DNA of 64,000 bases. It comes from a virus. The notes under the pieces are model-generated. The model searched no databases, was not told where the DNA came from, and saw only the letters and a program-made list of their open reading frames with translations. The stretch covers positions 6,156 to 70,155 of the IMG/VR virus record IMGVR_UViG_3300030685_000003. The stretch is one strand, 5' to 3'. Positions 41,840 through 55,671 of the stretch are shown here, in pieces (positions within the stretch are counted from its first letter, which is position 1; the number at the start of each line of letters is the position of its first letter). The position numbers and the translations under genes were made by a program.

Positions 41840-43912
41840 ATGACAATGTTAGAGACGAAAGTCGCATCATATGCAGTTATACAAGACGGTTGAGTGAATG
41901 ATATTTTCTCAGAAATATTAAATTGTGAATTTAGACAGCCCCCATATGATGTATGATTCACAAATAAGTGGCAATTTGTAGGAAAGAGACAATGATGGGC
42001 CAATCTTTTTTCTATGCCATCAGATATTTTGGATTATTATAAATACAATGATGTGTTCTATGTCCTAACTAAGATAGATTCTACCAGTTGTAAACTATGG
42101 AAAGTATCAAAAGACTCGGTATGAGTTTATTCCGTAAAGATAGATCTTACTCCATGAGCATGAATAAAATATACAACACAATACAATAAATGAGTTGCTC
42201 TTATTTCTTTTCCGGATCCATCGTCTATAAAAATAACTAATGGAACTCCAACTAATGATACAACAACCTCAAATGCTAATGGTGATTATTCTGATATTTT
42301 AAAAGACAACACAAGAACATTTGACTCTAGTTACATAGGTACTTTTTGAGTTATAACATCACATACTGAAAAAAATGTTAAAGATACAATTATAGCAACA
42401 CCTCCTGCTTCTCCTACTGTATGAGATAGGTATATTGTTGCTACGGCTGCGACAGGTGCTTGGTCTGGTAAAGTATGACAAATCACAGAATGGAATTGAA
42501 CAGCTTGGATATTTACTGTACCTGCTACAGGGTATTTTGTATGGTCTATAACCCAGGCAAAATATTATAGATGTGCAGCAACTGCATGACCTACCTATAC
42601 ATGGACAAATGTTACTGTGAGTAATTGATATAAAGAAGGGATAAGATTCGACGTAATAGATCTACAAGATGGTATTACGCTAAGAATAAATTCTTCTGTA
42701 ACTATCAACAATTACGATTCATATTCTATATATACCACACTTGGTAATTATATAACTTTCAAATATTCAGGTACAGCTAGCGATGCTAAGATAGGAATAA
42801 ATCCATTAAATGATACAACAAATTATTTTGCGTCATTGAAGAATGTTAGAGATATGGTGTACTTTGATGGTTATCTTTTCGGTTGTACAAATAATAGGGT
42901 TTTTAAGAAAGGTATAGGGCAGGAAACATCATCAGCATCTATAAATTTTTGGTTCAATGACGACGAAGTCTATAGTATAGATTCTACAGGTGATTTCTTA
43001 TTAGTTGGCGCAAAGAATAAGACGTACGCTTTGCTTAGAACTGTTCAATCCACATCTGGAGACTTCACCTATGCTAAGAGAGAATTGACTCAAACTTGAT
43101 TCTTTTCAAAAAAATCATCATTGACTTATGGTTGAAGTGTCTATGTATGCCTTGCTGATGGTAGATGGTATGGACTTACTGTTACATTTACCGCACAATC
43201 CGCACAAGCTCAGCTAAAAGATGTATGAGTAAAGGTACAATGATACCTTAATAATATAAATGATTGAGACGAAATACAATGATTCTGGTACAATTCAAAT
43301 TTTTGATTTGTTGCCACTGGTTCGTTTAACTGACTTATTAGATACAACGAACCTCGAAGTTGTTTTTTGGTTGATAACTATTGATATGCTTTCTCGAATC
43401 TACAATTAGATTGAGATATCGTAAATAGTATGTACTGACCAAATGTATATCAAAGGGGTGGTGAGTTCGATGATGATCTTCCTATAGCTACAAAGATAGT
43501 GATAGTTTGACCTGAATGAGTTATCGGTCTTCCGCACAGAGAATTGCTTTGAAGACTTGTATTTTGATACGATAACGATATAATTAGATGTAATATTCAG
43601 GTAGAGATGGATGGTGGTTTATACTCAAATAAAGTTATATTTGATCCTGAAAGAGCTAAAATTATCCAAGGACTTAACTCCTTTGGTGATGGTACACTTG
43701 GTACTAGGCTATTAGGTACTGGTATATTGTGAGTAGGATGAAGTCCAGATGCAGTAAAGATATGAATCGTTTGATTGAGACTAGGTAAAACTTGTCATAT
43801 GGCGAAATGGACCATAACAAACGTAGATAACGCAAACTTTTTGTTTGGTAGATTAGATGTCTTACATCAAGACGCAAACCCAATGCTTATACCTATATGA
43901 AACGTTATTTAA
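41840..43912 (+). CDS. tail nozzle / tubular protein B-like with DUF2793-like insertion (690 aa)
   Basis: Beta-rich protein following the adaptor; PPASPTVGDRYIVATAATGAWSGK..WNGTAW. Confidence 0.65.
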
Positions 43913-43930
43913 TTTATAAAACATATTACT

Positions 43931-45475
43931 ATGGCATGAAAATCAGCAACAGCAACAGCAGCTGCAGCAAGAGCTAATTGAACGGCTGTCTATAATTCAG
44001 GTACTGGTCATGTTGATACCGTATGATCAGGGTCTTCATGAGGTACATGATCTAGCTCTCCTGCTGTATCAGCACCAACATATATCATAACTAATAAAAA
44101 TACTGGTAAGACTAGTTCTTTGACAGCTGACCAGCTGAAGTCCATGCAATGATCTCAATGACTTGCTGATTTCGCTAATTGAATAAAAAATGGTACTATA
44201 ACTGTGAGTAGCTGAGGTAAACAACTAAATCCCTTCTCTTGAAGCACAGTAGATACTAAGGGGACTTCTTCTAAGAATTGATCTCTATGATTAGATAATA
44301 GTGCTTCACCATGAGTTGTCTCCCCTAAACCACAATTATGAGCAAAGTATGATGCAGCAAGTCCAGCCAATAACACAGTAGCAGACGCTGCTGCTAAGAT
44401 GGACGCTATGCAAAAGGCAGCTCCTGTTTCTCATGTGTCACCAAATGGTAACGCCTATTCCATACAAAATACTCCAGATGGTAAGGTATCTTTCGTCTCG
44501 AAAGTAACTGGTAAGCCAGTAGTTATGAACAGCCTAGCTGAGGCTCAAGCATATATAGATAAAAACAATCCTAGTACAACAGACCAAACCGGTCTTGCTA
44601 ACCAAATGAACCAAGCATCAGAGAATGCCGCAAACATAAACCAAGATTTCACTAATAATCAAGAGGCATCTCAAGCTGAACAAGAAGGGAATATACAAAA
44701 TTTCCAAGATACAGCAACCCAAGACCAAGCAACATTAGCTGCCTTGGCTGTACAGAGAAAAGATAATATCGACCAAGCGCAAGCAACAATGGCAGATAAT
44801 AATAGGAAGGCTCTTGAAAGCAACGAAAGACTTATAAGACTTCAATCTAATGAACATTTAGATACAATTATGCAACAGTATAGAACGAAAGGGATGACAG
44901 AAGAAGAAGCAAGGGCACAAGCTCAGAGTGATATCGAATCTCAATTACAAAAAGAAAGAGAAACTGTTTTGACTGCCGAAAAAGATAATGCGACACTACA
45001 AAATCAAGTAGCTCAATGGAGTGCTGGTGCTCAGGATGTTATAAGTCAAGCACAAGAAGCTAATACAAAACTTAATACAACCAATGCTCAAACTGTAATG
45101 AACGCACAAAATTCAGCAGAACAAGCGGCACAATCAGCAGAGAACCAATCATATGCCAACACAATCCAAAGTGTCAACTTAAATAACTATAATAATCTAA
45201 CTGATATTGAAAAGCAAAAGGTTTTGAATACATTAGGTATCAATCAGGCTTCTGGTAACTCTCAGTATGCCGCACAACAGTTTATAAGCACTATGTGATC
45301 ATTCGCTGCTAAAAAGTGAACTAGATTTGCTCAGATGTTAAGAGATATTTTGAGCGGGAAGAAAACTCTCGAGGAGGCTCAAGCTGGTCTATTCGGAACC
45401 GAAACAACAACAGCAGCAAAGAAACCAGCAGCAACCAAAGCATTCAGTACAGCTACTGCTAACTTTAATTTCTAA
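43931..45475 (+). CDS. internal virion / ejection protein (514 aa)
   Basis: Gly/Ser/Ala-rich N-terminus, long Gln/Asn/Ala coiled coil; podovirus-type gene order. Confidence 0.6.
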
Positions 45476-45484
45476 TTTATGATT

Positions 45485-46108
45485 ATGGCAAACATTGATT
45501 GGACAAGTGATGTTACTAAAAAGTCTCTAGAGGCTTTTATCAAAAAGAATCCACAAACTGGTATTGATCTTGAATGATATAAGAAAGTGTTTACTGAGGG
45601 AGCGGATCTTGGTAAAATACCTAAAGACAAATATGCTGAGTTAACAACTGGTTCTGTTGCTCCACAACCATGAGCTGCACCAATAGTAACAGATCCAGCC
45701 GCTAAACCAGTTCCAGTTGATGTATCCGCAGATCAGATAGAAGACGCGCCTAATGCTCTTACTATGGATAAGGTCGCAGAATGAGTACATTTTGCAATAG
45801 ACCCATTAAGACACGCTAAGGATGCGGTAATCAATGGTATTGCCTGAGCATGATATGATTTGGTAAATTGAGCAAAGGAATGAATAACTAATATTGTCAA
45901 TCATGGGACAACTAGTCCGTCCGCTGAAGATCGTGCTTTCGATAATAGAAAACAAGTCGCTAGATTATATGTACAAAATAAACAAGAAAAAGATCCTTCA
46001 TATAATATGACAACTTTCGCAAAACAATTCCAAATATGACCGGATGGACATTGGAAAAAAAGAGTAGATGCCTCTGCTGGGAAATCCAATAATCAGGACT
46101 CTCCCTAG
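45485..46108 (+). CDS. putative internal virion protein (207 aa; possible +1 frameshift extension to 46382)
   Basis: Open with TGA=Gly; ends ...TCT CCC TAG. Confidence 0.65.
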
Positions 46109-46382
46109 CTCACGAGAGCAGATAGCAACAACAGACCCGTCTATACAAAAATGGTATAAACAACTACAAGCGGTGGATAAAGATGCGACTTCTATGAATA
46201 TAGTAGACTTCATGAACAAACAGAAGTGACAATGAATTTATGACTACAGTAGTGCTATCTCTGCTTGAAATAGGCCTATTCAGGTTAAATATGATAACAT
46301 AATGCATTGGTCAGATACATCTAAACTTCCGAATAATCCAAATTTGCATAATCAACTTGATTCAATCACAGCTAAGCAATAA
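46068..46382 (+). CDS. +1-frame ORF (104 aa); separate gene or frameshift extension of the previous CDS
   Basis: Open to TAA 46382, filling the gap before the giant gene. Confidence 0.55.
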
Positions 46383-46407
46383 TTTTATACTATAATTTCT
46401 ACTATAT

Positions 46408-49400
46408 ATGGGATTCTTCGATGTTATTAAAGGTGTTTGAAAATTTGTTTGAACTGCTTGAGGTATCCTATGAGGGGCAACTATTGCAAATGATCTAACT
46501 TCTGGTGAATTGTTCTCAGATAACTATGATAAACAATTGGCTGACTATGAAGCACAACAAAAGAAAAATGATATGAAAGGTACAGACGATTTTCTTGCTT
46601 CTGTTTGAAAGCCTAAAGATCAGCTTAGCACAGATGAATTTTTGGCGCAATATGATACACCAAAATCTCTCATTGATAACTCTGGTCCTAACGCAAACCA
46701 ACCAGCAGAGAACGATATAGGAAAACAACTTACTGACAAAGCTAACTCTACTATATGAAAGATAGACTTTTTTTCTCAAAAAGCTAAAGATACTATGGAT
46801 CCTATTGCACAGGCTTCTATGGATGCCGAAACAGCAAGATCAAAATCTTTATATAACCAGATAACAGACAAAGCATATAATCTGAACGTCGATCCAACAC
46901 TTAGAAATCAGTATGCAGCTTTGGCTAGATTCGCAGAAGAGCGTCTTCTAGATAGAGATGGTGGGCTTTATACGGCACAGACAACAAAATCACCAGAACA
47001 GCTCAAATACCAAAATGATATCCTAGAGAAATCTCTTAATGCATATAATACAAATTTATCACAACTTACTCCTGAACAATTAAAAGATAGAACACAATTA
47101 AATGATGCCTTAGATAAAACTGATTCTCAAATTTGAGTTGATACGGTAGACTATTCTTGAGATTTGGGAAAGCAAAATGAAGCAGATATAGCAGAAGCAA
47201 AGGCTAACAATCAAACAAATCCATTCCTCAGGGCATATTATCATATAACTTCTGGTTACGAAAATACAGTGAATGAAATAGAACAAAATGATCTTGATTC
47301 AGAATATGGAGCTAATCCTGCTACAATGATTTGAGATGTATTATGAGGGGCTTGAAAATCAGTATATAAAACAGCTACTGGATGAGATAATCTTGTTGAT
47401 ACGGCAGCTTCTTTTGTAGGTAATCTAACCGGAATCCTTGGTGGTACGATGTGATACGTAGTTTGAGAAGGAAAGAATCTTCTCGCTAAGTCTGGTGTGG
47501 GTTCAGTAAGCGACGTAGTATCTCAGATAAGAAACAAGAGAGATGAGGTAGATACCTCTATGAATGGTGGTAGTACAGTAGGTCTTATTGCTAGAAAACT
47601 TGGTAGAACTATTCTATCTCATCCTGACGATATCGCTGAATTTGCAGGAGATCTGTTATTATGATGAGCTACCTGAGATGCCTTTGGTGCACTAACAAAA
47701 GTGCCAGTATTATCTGATGCACTTGCATCGTCCGGTAGAATTTGAGATGTTGCTATGAAATGATTGTCTGAACTAGCAAATGGTATGGTAATAAATTCAT
47801 ACTTCAATACTATGGCGGGTCAGGAATTTGGTGGTAAATGGGCATTGATGGACACGGCTCCTGATGTATTGATGGGTGGTTTACAGGGGCTAAAATGAGA
47901 GGCTGCGAACATAAAATCTATTAAAAATTCTATTGGGTCATTTAAGGATCAATATACTGAAGCCGTTAAATCTAATAATGGTGACGCTCTTAAGGCACTC
48001 AAAGATCTCGAACCAGTATATAAAAATTCTTTTGGTTTCAATGCTGATAACTTTGATAAAATTGTATCTAATGCTGAGGCTTCAGACGCGAAATTGCCAG
48101 ATATGAATTCTCTTTATGAATCGACATCTAATAGATTTATAAAGGATAAGGCATCAAACATAAGTGTTGAGGAGCAAAAGACTCAAGCATGGAAGGCAGC
48201 ACAGGCAGATACTTTAAGAAAAATGCCAATTGAAGATGCTAAGAAAGCTATGCAAGAGATATATGGGATAAATATTGATTTTGCAGATAAAGCAGCCAAG
48301 GCCGAAGCTGCTGAAAATATTGTAAAAGGCACATCAAATACCGCTCTTCAGGATAGGTATGTTTCTCTCGTTCAATGACAACCTGATGTAATATCAAAAA
48401 TACAGTCCGCATCTCATCCAGATGAGCTATCTCAAATAATTTGGGACAATATGGGTGGTAAGTCAGTTGCTGAATTCTATGGAGCTAAGGCTAAAATAAA
48501 TGTCATTCAGGACTCGTTTAATACGTTGTATAAAGACATAATAAGTTGAGATTCTGTTGCTTCTAACAAAGCTACATCGGCTTTGCAAAAAGATTTTGCA
48601 CAACATGGATTGATTGACACAACAAAAGCAACATTGACTGATAGGGGATGAATATGAGCTGACATCGTGAAGCTAAATTTTTATAAACAAGCGAAAGATT
48701 TTGTACTTTCTAATCTACAATCTAATAAATTGGATGGTGTCTCCTCTGAAAATATAGGTAAGGTTAAAACAATGCTAGATGATGGTATCTCAAAATTACA
48801 AAAAACCATAGATGATTCTTGAAAACAATCTAAAGCTGAGTCAATTATAGAAAAGCAGACTCCAAATAAAAAGCCTAGATCATTTGAAGAGGATATTCTT
48901 CCTAACGATTCTATAGAATTACCTTCTCTGGAGCTCTCTAATGTGGATGACAGTCTGTCTAATAAATTTGCCACTACTCAATGAGTGGATTGGTATCCTG
49001 AAGCACAGAAAGCTATAGTAAATAACGATACCGCTACCCTTAGATCTCTTATCGAATCTAATATTATTGTATGAGATCCTTCAAAAATAGCAACTATGAT
49101 TATAAATAACGACAATGTAGGTGTCCAAAATCATATTTCCGAGAAGATTTTTGAGGATACAGAGTTAGCTGCAGCGTTCCTTGGTAAGGTTGATTCCAGT
49201 GGACCAGAAGTTGCAGAAAAATTATCAAATTTAACAGATAGTATAAAGAGTATAAGTGATATATTGTCCATGAGAGAAAGTAATTTCTATGAATCTACCG
49301 ATGCACTTAAGTCTATATCTAAACAAAAGGCCCAAAACATTATAAACAATGTCTCATTACTTGATATGGGAATGCATCCACAAGATATGATGAACAATGA

Positions 49401-52400
49401 TGAACTCTCCTCACTTATTGTAAAATATGGTAAACTTACTGATGATATGGTAACAGATATGTCCGCTGTTTCTACAAAAACTAACATATATTTACAATGA
49501 TGGTTTGGAATTTGAGGTAAGGTAAATCCTGTAATTAAGCCGCTTAGCGAAGTAGTGGGAGGATACAAGACATTCTTTTCTGAACTATCAAAGGTAAATA
49601 TGTATCAGGGGAAAAGAGAGGTTATTGATCTTTCGGAAAAACTAAAGATTCTTACTGAGTCATCTTTTTCTGAAAAAAATATAGTAGATAGATGATATTC
49701 TATTGGTAAATCCCAAGGATTGAGTAATATAAACTCAACTTTCGTGAACATAATTACAAATTACGATGGTAATCAAAAGAATTTTCTAAAAGAGTTTGTC
49801 TCTATCTATGGAGATAAGGCATTTACTCCAGCAGAGCTTAACTCATTCAAGGGTATGCTAAACATAACAGACTGATACAGAAGCCAATACAATCAACACC
49901 TTATTGACACTATTTTCAAGGATGGTGGTATTGATGTGGATAAATTAGAAGCATTTGTTAAATTAGGTGGTTGGATGGGAAGTACAGACAACAAACTTTG
50001 AGTTGTGTTTGGGGGATTCTCTCTATCTAAGAGATATCTCTATGAATGAAACAAAGAAGCATACTGGAATTCCTTCGAACAATCTCTAAAAGATTTTGAA
50101 AAATCTGGTGATTCTTCTCTCCAAAAGTTAGCTAAAGATTTCTATTCTCAATATAAAGGTACTGGGGATTTTTTCTCAGATATGGCCGGAATGTATGATG
50201 AAATTAACGATGGGATAGAAGAAACATACTTCAAATCTTATAGGGATTCTCTAAATGATATGGATATACAACACCTTTCTGCGGAAATAAATACAAATTT
50301 CCCTGGGTACAAGGAAGAATTGGCTGATTTGGTTGGTAAGGGAGACGCACAAGGGGTTATCTCTGCATTGAATTGAATTATTGATGATACTAAGGAAAAT
50401 ATATCTAGTAGATTCCTATTAAACCCATACGAATATATGATAAGTTCTTGAAATAAAGAGAATGTTCTAGCAAATATTATGAATTCATTCTTTACTACTG
50501 ATGAAAAATTCGGTAAATTTCAAGATACTTTGTGAGTAGAAAGAGGCCAAAAATCTATGAATGTATTTGGAGATATGTCCTGGAGATCTAAGATTTTGGC
50601 TGATGAATATGTTAATAAAAAGTTATTTGATACTTTTAAGAGACAATCTGTTGATCTCTGAGGGGATTGAGTTATATTAGTGTCTAATATTGATGAATTG
50701 AAAGATAGATTAAAGGATATGTTTACTTATGGGACATCTAATGAATCTAAAATGGAGAGAAATTCCATATGAGGTGTTTCTAATACCACAGATATGTCAG
50801 CTGGTAAGCTAACAGATGACTATACTCAGAAGCTATTTGATGAACATTCGCAAGTTCTATGAGATGTCGGGGATTCTATACTTCATGATGATCAGAGTGA
50901 TGTAGATGTATTAAGGACCGTTACAAATAACATAGTAGCCAATACTCTTTCTAGAGAAGGTAACGATATTATAGATAAAATGTTCAAAGAAACGTTGTCT
51001 AACCTGCCTGATGATGAATATAAGGCATCTAGAAAACTTATCGCAGATAGTTATGGTCAAATGGTACAAACGTTTGATGACAATTTGTCATTATATGCTC
51101 GTGATAGTAAGATGGGTAAGATAGAAAAACAATCTCTATCTGATTATCTAATAGGCACTGACGGTAAATGAGGTATTTTCTGAGGAGCTGTTGATAAATT
51201 GAAAGATAAGCAATATCAATCCCAATTTTATGGTCAGCTTATAGAAACATATGATAAAAACACAGAGCAATTCTCTATTGTTATGGGTGAATGAGGTAAA
51301 TTTGATAGCGCTTTGGTAAAATGGTTCTATCCTATTTATAGAGCACTCCAAAATACAGAAGATGGGCAAGAATTATTCAGAAAAATCAACAATCTAAATA
51401 CTAGGGCTATGGGTACAGATATGTACCTAGATATGAATAAGATAAGAGCATTCCAAGCACTAGGTGTTTGATCCGTAGAATGAAATATGTTTACAATTGG
51501 TAAAAATACCTTCGAAATTGGTTCAAATATCAAGGCAAGTGCTATGAATAGTTTATATTCAGAAGTATTAGATAGATTGAACAATGGCGAGGTTATCGGT
51601 CAGTTTTCTCTTCTGAAAAAAAACTTCAGTGCCTCAGAAATGCATACTATAAATACCATGGTAAAGTCTATGTATGATAAATACGCTTGAGACGCAGCTA
51701 TGTTTGTACCAGTATTTAATAAAGAAAACAAATTAGAGTTCGCATCTGAGTTTATATACTCATTTTGGAAAGATTTTTATGATGGATTAAAGAAGAACAA
51801 TGCCTATAGATCAGAAATAGGATACAATAAACTAACTGCAGATTATCCTAAGTATATAAAGGAAAATGTAGAACAACAATTCTTCAACTCCCTATCTTCT
51901 GAGGGGAAAACAAATATGACAAGATACGGTTTGAATGTGAAAGGACCAACAACTCCTATGTGAATGGAGACTCAAATGAATGACATCTTAAATAGAGTAG
52001 GATTTGGTACTGAATCCTCTAGAGCTGTAGAAGGTTTCCTATATAAGGGATATAAAAACTATGGAGGTATGATGAAAACACTTCAATGATTGAGAGCTGG
52101 TATGTATACTATGCTGTTCAATGCAATGCAAGTTCCAAAATTAGCTCAACAAGCGGTAACTCAGGAACTTAAGTTTGGTGGACTTAAGACCGTTGTATGA
52201 GGTCTTAAGGATTTCGATAGATGATATCTAAACTACATAACTAAGAGTATTGATTACGAAACGTCTTTCTTCGACAAAATCTCCGATAGTGTAGACAGTG
52301 CTATAGACGCATTTGAAACTACCCCTGTAACAGATCTTATGAAGAAGGGGCTTAAATACTCCTTGAATGCTATGGAATTGTCTGATAAGTTGACTCTAAA

Positions 52401-55026
52401 TAGAGTCAAACAGGCTGCTATTATAGGCTCTGCTCAAAATCTTGGACTATCTCCAGAGGTATTCAAGGAATATGGTGTAACTAGAAATGTTCTTGCTGGG
52501 CTTCTTGATGGGTTATCTAAGAATACTGATGAAAATTTCAGATCTGTATTGGATCCTATTATAGAAAAAGCAAATAATTGATGGAGAATAAATGACAAGG
52601 ATATCAGATCTCTTAATGAATTCATAGAAATCAATTCATCATCTCTTCATCCAGATGATTTGAATGGATTATTGCAAACAAAAGGGATCTTAGAATCAGA
52701 CTATAACAATATTATTGATTTCCAAAATAACGTCAAATTCCTTGCTGACTGATATATGTCTTCTTTCTACCATGCTGGTAATAGGGACATGACTATAAAT
52801 GCAGCTGGTATGCATATGTGGTCTGAGTTTGCACTCCCGTTATTTAACTGGGCAACTAAAGAATTATCGACCAATCTCGGTGATTTTGCTATGGAATTCT
52901 CAAATCTTACTGCAAAATACGGTACTACATCGGAAATGCTTAAATCAAAAGACTTCTATTCTGAATTGATGTCTATGCCTGCATTCCTAAATTTGGCTGC
53001 ACAAATAGCTCAATTTGGGATATATTACAGAAATGTTAATAAGTTAGTGTATGCTAACTCTGAGAATGATGAGATTAACTTTGGTGCGGCAATGGCTGGG
53101 TTTGTTGGTCCATTCGCGGCAGCATCTCAAATATTATCTCCAGTATCTAAAGCAGAAAAAACATATGAGATTCAGAAAGACTTATGAGTATCTACATACG
53201 ATGCTATTATAAGTTCTGCACAACAAATGGGTAAAGATTTCGGAAACTTATTCTTGAAGGATGCTGGTATGATATATGACATGGCTTGAGAAATATGAGT
53301 TACCGCATCCGATCTTAGCTCAAAATGATTTGACGGTCAATATAGTATGCTTTCTGACGTTCTATTGCCTATAATATTAAACAAGGCTAAATGATCAATC
53401 GTTAAAGGTACTATGAATGTTTACAGAGGGTATGAAACCGATACAAAGTGATATGATATTGGTCAAGCATTAAATCTTGCTCTCTATGGTAACTTCACTC
53501 AGAATTGATTGGAGAACCAAAAGTCTATAGATCAGTTATTTGTGCTTAAGCAATTAGACAAAACTGCTTCAGCTGGTATATTCGAGACATCTTCTTCTGC
53601 TTCATTTATGCCTAATCTAGGTATTGAGAATAAAGTGTTTCAAAAGACTATGTGAGATACGGGAATTGATGACTTGTTGACAGCTACTGGTGACTATGGT
53701 AAAATACTTGATGGCGTTACTGGTGGTGAAGGGGTTGATAAAGATGGTAATCCTAATTATAAAGCTGGTACTCTCTTCAAAAATATGGTTGACACATTGA
53801 AATGAGAGTGAGTAAAGGGTAATGCCGGTTTGAAACAAATGTCTGATGAGGAAATAAAATCACAAGAAACAGACGTTTTGAATAAAATCACTGATGGTGG
53901 TAAACTTGATCTGTTATCTAATGCAGATGACATCAAGAGTAGAGTACTTACTTACAGAGGTAGATTCTCAGCATCATTTGCTTATGGAGTATTGTTGGAT
54001 GCCACAGCTAAAAAATATGCAAAAGATCTAACAGCTGGAGATAAAAAGTCGGCTACTGCAACGCTTAAAGGTATGTTTGGGAAAAGCGTCTATTCTAAAT
54101 CGTTAGAGAAGAAAGATATAGATACTCAAATGGCAGCTATAACTGATGAATTTGCTAAAAAATATTACTGAAGTGCCGTTGCTTATAATAAGCAAGTAGG
54201 TATAAATGCAACTATGCTAGCTGCAAAAGTCAACTGATACGATGTGGCTAGTCAATGAGGATTGAATGCCGTGGTTTCTACAGAACTATTTAGTAGAGCT
54301 ATGAAGCAAAACGGTAATAATTATGTAGATGGTATGAATAAGGTTGGTAATTACTTCTGAGTACTTATGAAAACCTATTCTAAAGAAATTGATTCTATGG
54401 TAAAAAAAGATCCTACAAAATTTGTATCTTGGATGAATACAACTACTAAGATGATAGATCTATCTAGCAAGAGTGATATGGAGAAAACCTATATCAAGTG
54501 AGGTATGTTGAATGCTATATGAGATAATGTGGCTAAAGTTATGGAGTCTTCTCCAGATCTTGCTGCAAAATATAAGGATGTGTGAGCATTGGTTGCTTGG
54601 AATATGCTAGATAACTCAAACAGACTTACAAAAGATGCTGCAATAAAAGCTACGTATGATGACTTCTGATTGACAGTAAAAGCTGGTAAATGAGCATCAC
54701 CTAAAGTAAAGTGAGTATCTGCACAATCATTACGTGATACAGCTCTTAAAATATTAAACATAACCAATACACCTTACAAATTTATATCTTCACAAATATC
54801 TAATGGTTGATCAGTCAGTAAAATCCAGTGAGTTGCCTTTGGTACAACCTGAAATTATAACATTAAATGACCTTCCTTGAAATGATTGACAACACAGGGA
54901 TTGACAACAAAATGATTATCCTCAGATAATATCAAATTGAAATCAGGAAGAGTCACATCCACTAAAATCGTATGAGTGACAAAACCCAAAGCAACTAAGT
55001 CGTACAAGAAAACTCTTAGAGGATAA
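46408..55026 (+). CDS. giant virion/ejection protein (about 2872 aa)
   Basis: Ten supplied plus-strand fragments (46795 to 53830) share one frame and end in TGA; first TAA found at 55024-55026. Confidence 0.8.
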
Positions 55027-55255
55027 GGGTTTTGACGATGACAGGTTGGTAGAAATAATTATAGATATAGTAGAACATGCTGAGAAAGAGACAAAGATGG
55101 GTGAAATGGTTCCTGACTATAAAACCCGTCTCTCTGCTTGGGATAGGATGGCTGAGATGAGAGGTCTTGTTTCTAAAAGAACAGATCCCTTAGCGGCTGG
55201 ACAATGAGGTGTCAATCTTGCTTTTTTACTTCAATCTCCTAAACAATGATCTTAG
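54803..55255 (+). CDS. putative terminase small subunit-like protein (150 aa), overlapping the giant gene
   Basis: LLEDKGFDDDRL..VPDYKTRLSAWD..MRG; only ATG in frame before this segment is 54803, with a TTTA leader. Confidence 0.55.
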
Positions 55256-55620
55256 ACTTTGACTTATGAGGAAAACATTTCAAGAATGAGGCTGAATTTA
55301 CATCCCGATTCTGAAAACAAATAAAAGATGCTGGTGGGTTTTGGTATAAAATACCAGATGATAGTATGGGATCTAAACCATATGATGCGATCGCCTGTTT
55401 GAATTGAGTGTCATATCATATAGAATTGAAGGCTGGTCATGAGAAAGGTAAAACTGATGTATTTACAAAACTCCGTCCAGTCCAAAAATATTCTCTACGT
55501 AGAGTTGCTGAGAACTGAGGTACGGCTATAGTAGTATTCTATAGTATAGAAAACAATTCCTACTTTGCTGTCCCTTTCTTGGCTGATACACAAAAAATAG
55601 AAATATCATTGAAAAACTAG
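55246..55620 (+). CDS. Holliday junction resolvase (RecU/VRR-NUC-like, 124 aa)
   Basis: NEAEF, YKIPD, KPYD, IELK, LRPVQ, GG.AIVV. Confidence 0.8.
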
Positions 55621-55636
55621 TGACAAACATTATAAT
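55609..55636 (+). promoter_or_regulatory. sigma70-like promoter before dps
   Basis: TTGAAA-N16-TATAAT. Confidence 0.7.
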
Positions 55637-55671
55637 ACCACTATGAATTTTACATAATAAGTACTTCTCCC

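Noticed and set aside
46408-55026. Virion RNA polymerase or tape-measure call for the giant protein
   Set aside because: No catalytic motif recognised and no tail tube/sheath genes seen; left as an unassigned ejection-type protein.
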